This document shows, in pieces, positions 46,301-56,304 of a stretch of DNA of 64,000 nucleotides. The notes under the pieces are model-generated. The model made no database searches and was not told where the DNA came from. It worked only from the letters and a program-made list of their open reading frames with translations. The stretch is from Caecitellus pseudoparvulus. Its lineage: Eukaryota; Protista; Bigyra: Bicosoecida. A program made the translations under genes and the position numbers. How positions within the stretch are numbered: the stretch's first letter is position 1; every line of letters begins with the position of its first letter. Where the stretch lies: positions 248,001 through 312,000 of the forward strand of contig CBFFRQ010000056.1 of the NCBI GenBank assembly GCA_965644315.1, in the 5' to 3' direction.

Positions 46301-49300
46301 GCGGACACCGAGCTTCGGTGGTCTCTGTTGCGGAGCTCCCTCCTGAGCCCCGTGTAGCCACTCGGACTCGCGGTGTCGCAAGTGCAAATGATGACGACTG
46401 GCTCTCTTCCGATGACGAAGATCCTATCGATGGCGATCGCGCTGCGCGCGCTGCTCGGCGCACTGCGCAACGACGTGCCCCGGCAGCCCACCAGTCAGGG
46501 AGAGACGCGGGCACAGCGCGTTCAGGCCACCGATCCCTTTCCCCGACGAAACATTCTCCAGCGCCGCAGTCTCGTGACTTGACGGGGGGTCCTTTAGCTT
46601 TCGGGCCTTTGGCAGAGTCTGGCCGCTCACTGTCAGGGGAGCGGAGTATTGAGGCGCCGGACAGTCCAGAAGCGGGAGAGGCAGCAGACCCAAGCCGTTC
46701 ACACGACCAGCAGGCTTCAGTGCTCCGTTCAACAGGTGCTGCTGCAGTTTCAAAAGCTCGCCACTTGAAGCAAACCTCCCAAGTTGTCGTCACCGTGCTC
46801 GTCCCGCGAGCCGTGTCGTGCGACATTACCGGCATCTTCCGGGTGTGGGACCTGACGGCAGTGGTGGGCAATGCTTCTGGACGTGCTACTTCTGGAACTC
46901 GGTCCAGCAATGGTGTGGCAACGTGCCTCCAAGTCTTTGACGGGGCGCGGGCGGCGCTGACGTTCAATCCCGGCACGAACGTAAGTGGTGGGGCAGAGTT
47001 CGGGACTTCGGGCGTCGGCCGAATGGGAAAATCGTTCGGAGCCTCTGTGACAGCTGCGCTCTCAGTGGCCATGTCAGGGCTGAATGTCCGAGTTGGAGCT
47101 GTGCGCGCAGCTGCTATGGTGGCCGCAAACATGGCGAAGGGTGGTGCTGTGGGCGCAGTGGACGCTGCGAAGCAGGTGGCTGCGTCCTTTGCCGCACGTG
47201 GTGGGCCCTCGGGAGATCCCCAGTCCGAAGGCACCATCACTGTCCCGTCACTCGGATTTACTCCTCGCACTCTGACTGTGGTGGGTGGCAATGCGGGGGC
47301 CGGGGAAGTGCTGGCTGGTGGCGTCAAGTTGCACAGATACGCTCCCCTCCCCTTGCTCCTCAAGGACCACACTCCAGTTCATGCTTTGTGGAACAAAGCC
47401 TCTCAGACGTTTTTGGTTGCAGTTGACAGGTCTCTGCGCGTGTACGATCTGTGGGGGCGCCTGCTGAAGCTTCACTACAACTTGGCAAGATCACCCATCA
47501 CAACCATGATCATGGATGATCGGAACGTGAATGTGGTACTAGGGCAACAGGACGGAACGCTGCAGGTGCACAACTTTAGGTCTGGCCGTCTGCTCAGGGT
47601 GACTGCCCAGCCGGCCACTGTCACTGGCCAGCCAAGCGCACAGGCAAACCAAGTGAACGCTGACCCTCTTCTTCACACAAGCGCCCCAAGGGCTGTTGAA
47701 GAAGCGCTGCCAATGCCGAGTTACAAGGGTGGAACTGGCCAAATACTGCTGCAGCAGCAGAGAGCAAGGCGGCAAAGGCAGCGCCTGCGGGACCTGGGCA
47801 GTGAGCAACCGGTAGAGCAAGCTGCTGGGGATCGCTTCAAAGGCAGGCCGCCTCCACTCAGCAGCCTCAAGCCTGGAGGACTCACTCCACAAGAGGCGAA
47901 GCGCCTGTCTTTGCGCTATGACCCGGCCGATGCAGCTCCTTGGGGGGGGCAGGCCGGACTCAAGCTCTTGCCCACCGCGTCTGCAGGGCCTGCGCCCGCG
48001 ACTACTCCAGCCAGCACTCAATCTGGCTTTGAAACCACCTTCTTCTCCAAGGGGGCGAGCGGCATCGCAGCCGGACAGCCTCACGTGCGGGAAGTCACTG
48101 GAATCGTGTACCTTCGTGCTAGCGGAGCAGACACGGCGGCCTCAACTTTAGCAGAGGACCGCGGAAGCGGAGCTCGAGGGAGTACTGCAAGCTCCCTTGC
48201 GGATGCGAAGGCATCTGCCGCCGAACTGGAGCAGCACAACCGCATCATTTCGTGTGGCTGGGATAGGCGTCTCTCTGTGTGCCATGATGATGACGGCGCT
48301 TCTGGCGCTCGAAATAGTCAACTCGTCCCCTCTCGCATTGCTGCAGCCGCGCATGGCTCTGACATCACTTGCATGGTCCACTCAAGTGCGCTTCAGCTGC
48401 TAGCGACAGGGGGGAGCGATGGGCTTGTGAGGGTCTGGGATGCGTGCAGTTTGATGCCTGAGGCTTCCCTGCTCGGCCATGGAGCAGGCATAACAGCCCT
48501 GGCATTCCTGGATTTCGGCGGGAGCCGACCACTCACGACTGCCCACTCAGAAGCGACTCGCGAGCAGGGTGCAGGCACTGAGCAGGAAGCGGCTCCAGAC
48601 GAACCGGCTGTGGGCGTGCAGCGTGTTAAAGAGTCGCGCAACCCCATTTGGACGGCAAACAACCTGAGACTCAGCCCTTATCAACGCAGCACGTGGCAGA
48701 AACATGGGGTGAGCATGGCTGACCAAGCCTACGATGCCCCTTTCCATGGGCATGTTCAAAAGGAGACCGCCGCTGCCATGACATCAAGATGCGAGAAGCA
48801 GCTTCAGTGGGCATTCCCGTTGCTTGTAGTCGCGGACTCAATGGGGCACGTGGTACTGTGGACGACGCGGCCCTTGGCGCACCACCTCCGATATCGACCT
48901 GTTATGTCCCTAAGAATTCCGACAGCCCCCCCTGCCGCGCAACGCCTCGTAAATGCGGGTGTTTTGCTTGAGTACTTTGAGCAGTGCGCAGAAGGGCAGT
49001 TTCTGCAGTGGTCTGAGGAGCAGATGCGGGACGAGATACGCCTGGCTGGCGGCGCGTCACAGGCTGACGGTGTGAGAAAAGGCGGAAAGGGAGGGGCAAG
49101 TGCAGTTAAGAGCGCGACCTCAGCGCTTGACTCCAGCGAAAGGAAAGCCAGAGATGCTGCCAAGCCTCTTCCGGTAGCTCCAGAGAGCACGGTCACGGTC
49201 GGGTTCTCTGGCGCGCACAGTGCCATTTGCAGGCAACTGCTCTCAGCAGCAAAGGACAGCCACGCAGGGTCAGCTATGGAGGCAGGTGTGACACCTTTGA

Positions 49301-52300
49301 GGCTTAGCAGTCCCAAGCGCCCCAGGGCGGGAGCAGCGCGAGACATGAGCACAGGCTTGGCCCCTATGCCATCAGCTGGCCTCGCTTGGTGGGGCGATGC
49401 CTACGGATTAGGGGCCGCTTGCCAAGGTCCAGAACCTGCACGACCGCCCGCTGACAGAGGGTCGACCCATCGGCACTCAAATATTGTCACTTGCCTTGCA
49501 GTCTGTGCAGCTATGATTTCAGGGCATAGCGACCATGCAGAGAGCAGTTTAGCCGTGGGTTCTTGCTTCGCCGTGGAAGCAGGACTGGGAGGCGCCACTC
49601 AACCTTCGGAGGCACCACAGGCACAACCATCGCACCAGCCCGCACCACCCCGCACAGAGAGCAGCCCTGAAAGGCAAACTTCCAGTCACGCAAGTTCTGC
49701 AAGCTTGTTTGTCTCCAGCGTGAGGAAGAGCACGCGCTCCCTCGGGTCCCTCATCCTGGGTGGCGTGACTGCCGAAACACTTGACGAGCGCCGCTCACAA
49801 CAGGAAGACGACTTGGTTGCAGGGGCAGCTGCCGCGTCTGCACAGTCGCCAAGTGGGCCACAGTCCCCCCACCATCGCCTAGGCGAGGCTGGGTTTGGGT
49901 TTCCAGCGAGAGACACGGCGGTGCTGCCGAACCTTCGTGTGCGCTGCCCCGCTGTGAAGCACTCTCTCGCCGTTGGTGACGAGAGCGGGCGTTTGACAGT
50001 GCTGGACGTGGACGGCATCTTGCACATGCTGCACATTGCGCCTGTGATTGGGCCCCATCACATGCTTCCAGGGGCACCTGACCCCACTTTGCCGCCAGAC
50101 TTCCTGGGCATGCCACCACCTCCTGCGACGCATGCCGCAGGAGCCGATGACGACGATGCAGCCTCCAAGGCCAGGCGGGCCAAGCGCAGCCTGCGCAACT
50201 CGGTCCTAGGCAAGTTGAACGGCATGTCCTGGTGGTCTGCGCCGCCTCACCTTCGAGCTGACAATTCTGCAGAGACAAAAACTCCTCAGCGCCCTGTACC
50301 CACCGGCACACCAGCAGCGGCGCTGCCCAGTTCATCTCTTGCGGGGGAGTTGCGCCTCCGTGCAAAGGGTGCCAGACAGCGGATGTATCCTGGTGAGGTT
50401 GAGAAGGTGGCTCCTCACGATGCAGGAGATGTGGAGGGAAAAGTGGATGGCAATGTCGATCATGAAGCGCACAGCGACACGGTGAGCATTGACACAGACA
50501 GCTTGGATGCCACGGCGCAGGTGCCCGTGCTGGCGGCCTGGGCAGGCCATCAAGATGGAATCACAAGCATTCAAGCGATAAGGCAGCCCCCTTCGTTGTT
50601 GTCTGCATCTGTGGACCAGTCTGTACGGCTGTTCTCGCTTGCTGGAGAGGCGCTCGGGGCCCTTGAGGGGTCAAAAGACCACCTCGGCAACGTTAAGAAT
50701 TCCTCACTGTGTGCTGACTTTCCCCCTCGACCTGCAAAGTACGTCCCACCTACGACCCAGGAGATTGTCATGGTCCACGCCGCCGCTCAGGCTGAATTGC
50801 AGCAGCTCCAACACATGACTATGCCAAGCGGACCTTCGTCTCCAGGCGCTTCGCATTCTGACGCAGGTGTGCGCGTCGAGGAGACTATCAAAGCAGGGCG
50901 CTCGGATCTGCGAGTGCTAGACATGCTTAAACTGCGTCCCGGTGGGCTTCCTCAGGGCAAGGCAGTGCACGGCTGGGGTTTGGCTGCAAGGCTCCTTGCG
51001 CTCCTTCAAGTGGCGCGGTTCGCCAGCGCGAGGCATGCTAGGCCTGCAGCCACGATGGATCCAATGGGCCTCGTCACTGCTGACATGATAAACGCAGCAG
51101 CTGCTGACGATGGGCCCCCTAGGTCTTTCCGGTGGGCATGTCGCGGTACGCCATGGCATTGGGCCCGAGCAGGCCTTGACTTGCACTCGTCTGAGCGTGC
51201 TGCTCATGACAAGCGGGCTACCAAGGCTTTTGTACAGCTCGTGCAGCGAAAGTTTGCGTGGGAAGTGCAACATCGTCTCAGCTCAGCTGGCAAGCGACAA
51301 GGCGGACACGCTGCACTGCCAAAGGTGACTGCCAAACCCACCACCTCTCCTTCGAACACGTTCCTTACAGCAGTAGGACTGTCGGAATCCACCCCAGAGC
51401 AGGGAGCAGGAAGTCTGCTGCCAGGTGGAACAAGTGTAGCGCAGTTTTCCTCAGCTTGGTGGAAGGCTCTGGAGAAGGCTGCTCGTGGGCACGCTCCCAC
51501 AGCCGCAGACATGGCCAGGTGGGGCGCTCTGCATCCAAGCAGCGGCCAAAATCCTGCTGCAGGGCCCTCCGCCACTGCCCCATTTAAGCCGCTTCCTTCA
51601 TCTCCAGCGAGTGACGATGATGAAGGCGTCATGAACACATCCAGAGTGCATGACGCCAAGGCGAGCAAGCTACTGCATACGGCAGGAGCCGCAAGTGGAG
51701 CGTTATATCGCCACATTGCTTCAAAAGCTGGAATCACTGCAAAGGGCGCTCTGAAGGCTTTGCAGGGCGTGGTGCCAGCTCTGAGTGAGGCGAGTGATGC
51801 CTCGACCTCTCATCTGCAGCGAGAGTTCTACCTTGCGACAGATGCTGCCGAGGAGGACGAAGATGTGCGGATCCTGTTCGTGCTCGTAGGGGCTGCCACT
51901 GCAGACCCGGCGAGCAGCATCCTGCTCGCCAAGAGCTCTGCATCTCTTGCAGCCAAGTCACTGCAGGGTCTGGATGCAGGTTCAAGAGCCATGCAGCCTG
52001 GGCAATGTAGAGCCCTCGTTCGACAACGGATTCTTGCGGCAGCAAGGCGCCGCATTGGATCTCTGCAAGAGGAAGCCAAGCGCTTTGACGGCCTTCGAGC
52101 GATGCACTTCTCTCGCGAGGCTGCCTTCGCGACCTTCAAGTTTGCTCAAGGTGAACTGCTACAGAGGGAGCACCCGAAGGACTCAGACAAGACAAGTGGA
52201 AGTGTGGTCAAGTCAGATCCGCCTTCGCCGCCGGGTGGGGGCAAGGAGACGAGCTTTCCAGTGCCGCCAAGCTCGCCAATTGAGGCAGACTTGGCTCCAG

Positions 52301-55300
52301 AAACGATGGAGCACGTCGCAGGACAAGACATGTCTCGAATGGCAAGATTGGAGTTTGAGCGTGACTTGACACGGGGCTCTGAGGTATCCCATGCATCGGC
52401 AGGGCAAGTCAGCACTGCAGGTGACTCAGGAGACGCCCGGCCGTTGCATGGCAAACCCCGCAAAAAGAAGCGGACTGACAGGAGATCACGCAGGCGCAAG
52501 CACGCCATCCCAGGCTCGCACCCCGGCCTTTATCGAGATGCAGTCCTGAGTGGTGGGGGCTCAAGGGACCTCGACTCTGATAGGGAAGTCGACAATGTCG
52601 GAGGAGTCAGTGTGCTGGCGCTCATGGGTGGTGGTGCCCACTCAGCTGCACGACGGCAGCACATGCTTGAGAAGGCAGCGCAAGCTGAGGAGGTTGACGG
52701 GGACTGGCACACCTCAGACGAAGAGGACGATACCGCTAGCATGCCCGCCCGAGTCGCCCGACGTCACAGAAAACGGCCAGCTCCCTTGCCACTTGACAGA
52801 AAGGACAGCTTCCAGCTGGCTCCAGCTGTCAAGCCTCAGCTGACTGCTTTGAAGTCCTCCGTCGGCACCACAAAAAGTGTCATGTTCCCTGCAGTCAAGG
52901 ATGACGCTGATGACTCGCCACTCGAACGACCAAAGCAGTTGCAGCATATGGACCACGTCTCCACCACCCTGAGACTTGCAGCCAGCGCATCAGAGGGTCC
53001 CTTGAGACTTCGCGATGGCAAGCCCCCATTGCATGCAAGAGTTACGGCTCTTGTGCGCCACGTTGCCAAAGTCACTCTGTTTTCCGAGCATGAGTTGCAA
53101 CATGACAAAGCCATCATGTCGCAGCTGGAGACCATGGCCCTTCTCGAGTTGGAAGCTCTCGCCGTAGCTGGCTTGGCTGGGCAGTCAGAAGGCGGGGGTC
53201 GCCACCCTGAAGACATGCTCACTGCGAGCGATGCACTGAAGCAGCTTTCTCACCACAGCAGTGGGCATGAACATGACAAAGGTACTCTTGGGGACCAGAC
53301 GAACCCGGCTGCATGTGAACCTTCCGGTTCAGCCGAAGATCTGGACGGAGATATTGAGGCTATGCTGCGACAAGCAACCCGGGTAGCTGCTGGCCGACCA
53401 GGCTCGCGCTTCGCAAAGGAGGGTGTGGTGTACCCCGAGAAGGCAGAAGAAGAGCAGCAACTTCCTGATGAGGAATTGCTCGTGACCCTTTTCGGGGATG
53501 ATGCCGGGTCCGTCATGATGCCCCCCTCAGTACTCGCACGTGCCCGGCAGAGTGACGCTTCAAAGCGTGCACTTGCCTCACAGGGTGGATCAAGGCGTGT
53601 GCGGGGCATCCCGCAGTCGATCGCTAAAGCTCTGCCACTTGAAGTCCAGCGTGAGTTGGTTTCTCTGGGAATCGCTCCCTCTGTTGAGGACGTAGAGCAA
53701 GCAGCCACACACCGCGCCATGCGGAGTGAACGAGACGCTGCTGAGATGCTGGCTGCTCACTTGGCAGCCGCTGGGCAGGTGCCACTGGAGTTTTCTTACC
53801 GAAATCTCCAGAGCGAGCTTGCTCGAGGCCACCCACATGACAAGAGCGGAGATGGCGGGGGACGGACCGCTTCGTCGCACATGGTGTCCATGGTGGCCTC
53901 ATTTGCCCAAGCAAAGCGGGCACATGCTCAGGCGGAGGCTGCTGCTCAAGATGCAGGCCGACACGTGCGTATGCAGGCATCTTTGTCAGCGCCCGAGCTT
54001 GTGCAAAAATCTTTGATGCCTGACAAGCAAACCGATCCTGACAGGTACATTGAGTGGCTGCACACAGCTGTGCAGCGAAGTGGAGGCGCTAGTGAGCATG
54101 CTTCCAGCGCTCAGGTCGCTGGAGAGCATCACCAACGCTCAAAACAGCCCCAATCACTATCACCATTGGCCGCGCCTTCTGAGTTTCTCGTTGCGCAGCT
54201 TGGCTGGGAGGTAGCGAACCATGGCCGGCGCCCTGCTGCTGTGCGACTTGCACAGCGCCGGCGAGCAGCCGCTCGGGAGCGACTCGCACAGGTCTCTGCC
54301 AAGCGCCGATCTGGTAAGTTGGGGGGGTCTGCATCAGAGACGGGGCTGGCATTTCATTCAGCCACGGCAAGCGCGCAAGACGCTGCAGTTGCCATTCGAA
54401 ACAGCCACGCAGCCACCGCGACCGGTGCAGGCACCCGCCTGCGGACAGCAGAACATGCTGGAGCTGCATTGGCACAGGTCCGAAGCCTGTTGGAAGATGC
54501 AACTGCCAATCGGGACGTGAGCCCCGCTGGGAGGCCAGTGTCACCAGTCAAGCGGGTCGTGTCGGCTGCCGCTTCGGCGGCGCGCGAGAGTGCCCAGCGT
54601 GGCACACAGGCACCCCCTGGTGGGTCCAGAGTTCGTAGCACACCCAGCCCTGTTCGATTCACACGGACTCCTGCCCATGCTCGACAGCTACGCTTCTCCC
54701 CTGCCTTGCGTGTCTCAAAGAAGCAAGAACCAGATCAGGCAGCTCTCACGACAGCCGCATCAAAAGTGGCGTCCATGCTACCTCTGAGCCCGACATCTCC
54801 TCGGTCTGAGCAGCCCCAGGAGTTGGTAACAGTTGCCATGACGCGTATGTTTGGTTCAGAAGCGGGGGCTTGGCTAGGCAACACGCGTGCGCCACGTCGA
54901 GGCCAAAGCCAGCAGGGCCGCACGGATTCTGCTCCCTCTAGGCACGCCGCTGGTGCTGCGCGGGAAAGACAGCCAGGTCACATTGCTGAAGGGCTTGTTC
55001 GTGGCGGCGTGTCACACGCTGTATCAGGAGGCAGCTCGGGCGATGAGCGGCGAACTCCTACAGTGACATCAGTGGAGAAGGCCGCACTGGCCCGCAGCTT
55101 GAACAGGTCGTACGCTAAGCGACAGATGTCGCATATTCAGCAACTTGTTCGCTCTAGTTCCTCAGACCGCCCGGACTCCCCGTCCCTTGGCGACGCAGGA
55201 CCTGGTGAGCACGTCACGGTGGACAAGCACACTCTTCCCCAAGGTTCCTTGTCCGACCTCCGAACCACGAAGCCAGTCCTAACGCCGACCATGGAAGCTA

Positions 55301-55866
55301 TTCTATCAGGTCTCGTCATGGATAGAGATGGCCTGCCAACCCCTTCAGTGCGTCGTACTACTCGGGCAAAGCAGAAGCGTATGCAAGCGGTCCAGCTGTC
55401 ACCGATGCCATCTGATGGCTGGCAATCCTCGGCAGTTGACATTGTCGGCCTGCACGACGCCAGTCCACGCACACCTAGGGAGTCAGACCTAGCTTCAAGC
55501 ACTGGTGGCGGAACAAAAGGGCTTCTGTCCACGGATCCATTGGAGATTGCTCGTGCAGTGCAGCGCATTTTGACAGATGCACGTGCTCCAGGCGACATTG
55601 CCAAAGTCATGCCCGAACCCGTTGCGGGCACGATAGCGACCTTGCTTGCTCCAGTTGTGTTGGCAAATCGACGCAACACAGTCGCGGCATCAAAGCGACG
55701 GGGTGCAAGTCTACCAATAGCTCCCCTCGCGCTGAGTGGCACTGAGTCGACGGACAGTCGCACGCGGGTTTCCATGGCTGTTCAAATGCTGCAGCAACAT
55801 GTGGCTAAGCTGCAGACAAGAGGGCACGCAAGCGCAGCCCAGAAGCCAGGGGCAGGATTCGATTAA
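43384..55866 (+). CDS. Giant EF-hand + WD40 repeat protein (WDR49/WDR64/EFCAB8-like, probably flagellar)
   Basis: 4160-codon ORF. EF-hand-like LFTEIDSSATGCISWEAFTAYL. WD repeats: GHQRAV...LLSAGYDLDILAWD, GHRASVVSV, IISCGWDR, AHGSDITC...LATGGSDGLVRVWD, GHQDGITSI...LLSASVDQSVRLFS. Probable in-frame first intron 43390-43623. Confidence 0.8.
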   Translation: MDVSFMSRRPSQPPGNRWVCRTQRGCRLYAPQLMPLRTSLIGLLCLLSLQNRCVCRARELAFRTGSLHHTPPAGSTCASQLLLSLEGPEALDRLRQEFFRPESERWTPFIDGQLLQLLAKGAGQTASKAASAVPPPLPSGAPAAARSRMGNLNCVEFVFAMLVAMPAKTVGTDLPFSLLIGLGQLARHEHNKRRMIRRRQASAVTGGRSDLLLGLPGFSFTEDSRNADTIPPNAPALMRLLSLLDMQCASAAGSHSQPALSHNPVDASPVFPSLDDVGRSEAAWGAFLRASSKPAAEPHSGLDTPQPVRPQGRVDANDIQYLARRREKFRRARSRRTAALIGELVALFTEIDSSATGCISWEAFTAYLISAESMVQGGLDDASSGSSSIQYATKPAWTDTVTRGDALRRTVWVPAANGGRGELWTVEVGGSRVNVFDARMRSCGALDVDNLLVASPALAQHMRSTLHPGEAASVALGMREGALRAVFTESMLAGSDVKDGSTAGKAKPSPEAPKAPKKAASQASVASLVGTPEADARLVVITCVEYVAPMKMLALGHNSSTVSLWKVPDSTPLLALGGSRSGKSMAATSVGGGGHRVPSDSLTPFAAPVEVLSCPSVPHTLVHGYGLLYASFSADASVWVWHLSSRQLIHRIVSHDDVITAMILVPTKPDRIAADAGVGAMHAGGSLPMASGDDEHDEPRDTSTELQTPADDLSAALSQAEARGRAGKTAKARDVAPGSPPSTPARARQSGSHLTPSVAHRQQGSQKRSFSSGGIPESSAGISVLLGTAQAPSRAAGAQDALSSSAAAGTLDAIARGALITASMDHTIALHSLAPQPPPEAAALAAARRMQAVRTEAGNSKGRAVGPSGGGRVGSVGMLPQTPHARATYSSSSMLGGVKGGDISKGDFSEDGRLPVGTGGAFLARLPGHQRAVNTLCWVSGATPAGGILLSAGYDLDILAWDVAAFRQCGVLSGHRASVVSVAELPPEPRVATRTRGVASANDDDWLSSDDEDPIDGDRAARAARRTAQRRAPAAHQSGRDAGTARSGHRSLSPTKHSPAPQSRDLTGGPLAFGPLAESGRSLSGERSIEAPDSPEAGEAADPSRSHDQQASVLRSTGAAAVSKARHLKQTSQVVVTVLVPRAVSCDITGIFRVWDLTAVVGNASGRATSGTRSSNGVATCLQVFDGARAALTFNPGTNVSGGAEFGTSGVGRMGKSFGASVTAALSVAMSGLNVRVGAVRAAAMVAANMAKGGAVGAVDAAKQVAASFAARGGPSGDPQSEGTITVPSLGFTPRTLTVVGGNAGAGEVLAGGVKLHRYAPLPLLLKDHTPVHALWNKASQTFLVAVDRSLRVYDLWGRLLKLHYNLARSPITTMIMDDRNVNVVLGQQDGTLQVHNFRSGRLLRVTAQPATVTGQPSAQANQVNADPLLHTSAPRAVEEALPMPSYKGGTGQILLQQQRARRQRQRLRDLGSEQPVEQAAGDRFKGRPPPLSSLKPGGLTPQEAKRLSLRYDPADAAPWGGQAGLKLLPTASAGPAPATTPASTQSGFETTFFSKGASGIAAGQPHVREVTGIVYLRASGADTAASTLAEDRGSGARGSTASSLADAKASAAELEQHNRIISCGWDRRLSVCHDDDGASGARNSQLVPSRIAAAAHGSDITCMVHSSALQLLATGGSDGLVRVWDACSLMPEASLLGHGAGITALAFLDFGGSRPLTTAHSEATREQGAGTEQEAAPDEPAVGVQRVKESRNPIWTANNLRLSPYQRSTWQKHGVSMADQAYDAPFHGHVQKETAAAMTSRCEKQLQWAFPLLVVADSMGHVVLWTTRPLAHHLRYRPVMSLRIPTAPPAAQRLVNAGVLLEYFEQCAEGQFLQWSEEQMRDEIRLAGGASQADGVRKGGKGGASAVKSATSALDSSERKARDAAKPLPVAPESTVTVGFSGAHSAICRQLLSAAKDSHAGSAMEAGVTPLRLSSPKRPRAGAARDMSTGLAPMPSAGLAWWGDAYGLGAACQGPEPARPPADRGSTHRHSNIVTCLAVCAAMISGHSDHAESSLAVGSCFAVEAGLGGATQPSEAPQAQPSHQPAPPRTESSPERQTSSHASSASLFVSSVRKSTRSLGSLILGGVTAETLDERRSQQEDDLVAGAAAASAQSPSGPQSPHHRLGEAGFGFPARDTAVLPNLRVRCPAVKHSLAVGDESGRLTVLDVDGILHMLHIAPVIGPHHMLPGAPDPTLPPDFLGMPPPPATHAAGADDDDAASKARRAKRSLRNSVLGKLNGMSWWSAPPHLRADNSAETKTPQRPVPTGTPAAALPSSSLAGELRLRAKGARQRMYPGEVEKVAPHDAGDVEGKVDGNVDHEAHSDTVSIDTDSLDATAQVPVLAAWAGHQDGITSIQAIRQPPSLLSASVDQSVRLFSLAGEALGALEGSKDHLGNVKNSSLCADFPPRPAKYVPPTTQEIVMVHAAAQAELQQLQHMTMPSGPSSPGASHSDAGVRVEETIKAGRSDLRVLDMLKLRPGGLPQGKAVHGWGLAARLLALLQVARFASARHARPAATMDPMGLVTADMINAAAADDGPPRSFRWACRGTPWHWARAGLDLHSSERAAHDKRATKAFVQLVQRKFAWEVQHRLSSAGKRQGGHAALPKVTAKPTTSPSNTFLTAVGLSESTPEQGAGSLLPGGTSVAQFSSAWWKALEKAARGHAPTAADMARWGALHPSSGQNPAAGPSATAPFKPLPSSPASDDDEGVMNTSRVHDAKASKLLHTAGAASGALYRHIASKAGITAKGALKALQGVVPALSEASDASTSHLQREFYLATDAAEEDEDVRILFVLVGAATADPASSILLAKSSASLAAKSLQGLDAGSRAMQPGQCRALVRQRILAAARRRIGSLQEEAKRFDGLRAMHFSREAAFATFKFAQGELLQREHPKDSDKTSGSVVKSDPPSPPGGGKETSFPVPPSSPIEADLAPETMEHVAGQDMSRMARLEFERDLTRGSEVSHASAGQVSTAGDSGDARPLHGKPRKKKRTDRRSRRRKHAIPGSHPGLYRDAVLSGGGSRDLDSDREVDNVGGVSVLALMGGGAHSAARRQHMLEKAAQAEEVDGDWHTSDEEDDTASMPARVARRHRKRPAPLPLDRKDSFQLAPAVKPQLTALKSSVGTTKSVMFPAVKDDADDSPLERPKQLQHMDHVSTTLRLAASASEGPLRLRDGKPPLHARVTALVRHVAKVTLFSEHELQHDKAIMSQLETMALLELEALAVAGLAGQSEGGGRHPEDMLTASDALKQLSHHSSGHEHDKGTLGDQTNPAACEPSGSAEDLDGDIEAMLRQATRVAAGRPGSRFAKEGVVYPEKAEEEQQLPDEELLVTLFGDDAGSVMMPPSVLARARQSDASKRALASQGGSRRVRGIPQSIAKALPLEVQRELVSLGIAPSVEDVEQAATHRAMRSERDAAEMLAAHLAAAGQVPLEFSYRNLQSELARGHPHDKSGDGGGRTASSHMVSMVASFAQAKRAHAQAEAAAQDAGRHVRMQASLSAPELVQKSLMPDKQTDPDRYIEWLHTAVQRSGGASEHASSAQVAGEHHQRSKQPQSLSPLAAPSEFLVAQLGWEVANHGRRPAAVRLAQRRRAAARERLAQVSAKRRSGKLGGSASETGLAFHSATASAQDAAVAIRNSHAATATGAGTRLRTAEHAGAALAQVRSLLEDATANRDVSPAGRPVSPVKRVVSAAASAARESAQRGTQAPPGGSRVRSTPSPVRFTRTPAHARQLRFSPALRVSKKQEPDQAALTTAASKVASMLPLSPTSPRSEQPQELVTVAMTRMFGSEAGAWLGNTRAPRRGQSQQGRTDSAPSRHAAGAARERQPGHIAEGLVRGGVSHAVSGGSSGDERRTPTVTSVEKAALARSLNRSYAKRQMSHIQQLVRSSSSDRPDSPSLGDAGPGEHVTVDKHTLPQGSLSDLRTTKPVLTPTMEAILSGLVMDRDGLPTPSVRRTTRAKQKRMQAVQLSPMPSDGWQSSAVDIVGLHDASPRTPRESDLASSTGGGTKGLLSTDPLEIARAVQRILTDARAPGDIAKVMPEPVAGTIATLLAPVVLANRRNTVAASKRRGASLPIAPLALSGTESTDSRTRVSMAVQMLQQHVAKLQTRGHASAAQKPGAGFD

Positions 55867-56304
55867 GCACACTCGGGAATCGGCCACCTCAGGATCCAGA
55901 GTTGTGCATGGGCAAAGCGTGATCCGAAATGCAGCTCAGCCCGCCTTGCAAATGCGACGCGATCCTTGTCCCCGCATGCTCCGTTCTCGTGTTGAACACA
56001 CATGCTATGATTTGGCTAGCCTGACAGCACCCAGATGTTGGCTTCCGTGTCCTATCTCCAGCCACGTGTTCGAGTGGGCTTAGACTGCCAAGGTACAAGT
56101 GCTGACGGAGTTGTCGGCTCTCTGTGCTGCTTGAGAAATACTTGGGGAATCATGATCTCGCAGCATCGCAGCTACATCGCGACAATATTTGACCTTCCGC
56201 CTGTCAAGAGAGTTGCTCATCACTTCTTCCGTACACTTCCCTCAGCGGTTTGCCCCGTTAGCTCGCCGCTCGTGAGCTGTGCCTGTTTTGCGCATGGCAC
56301 TGTC

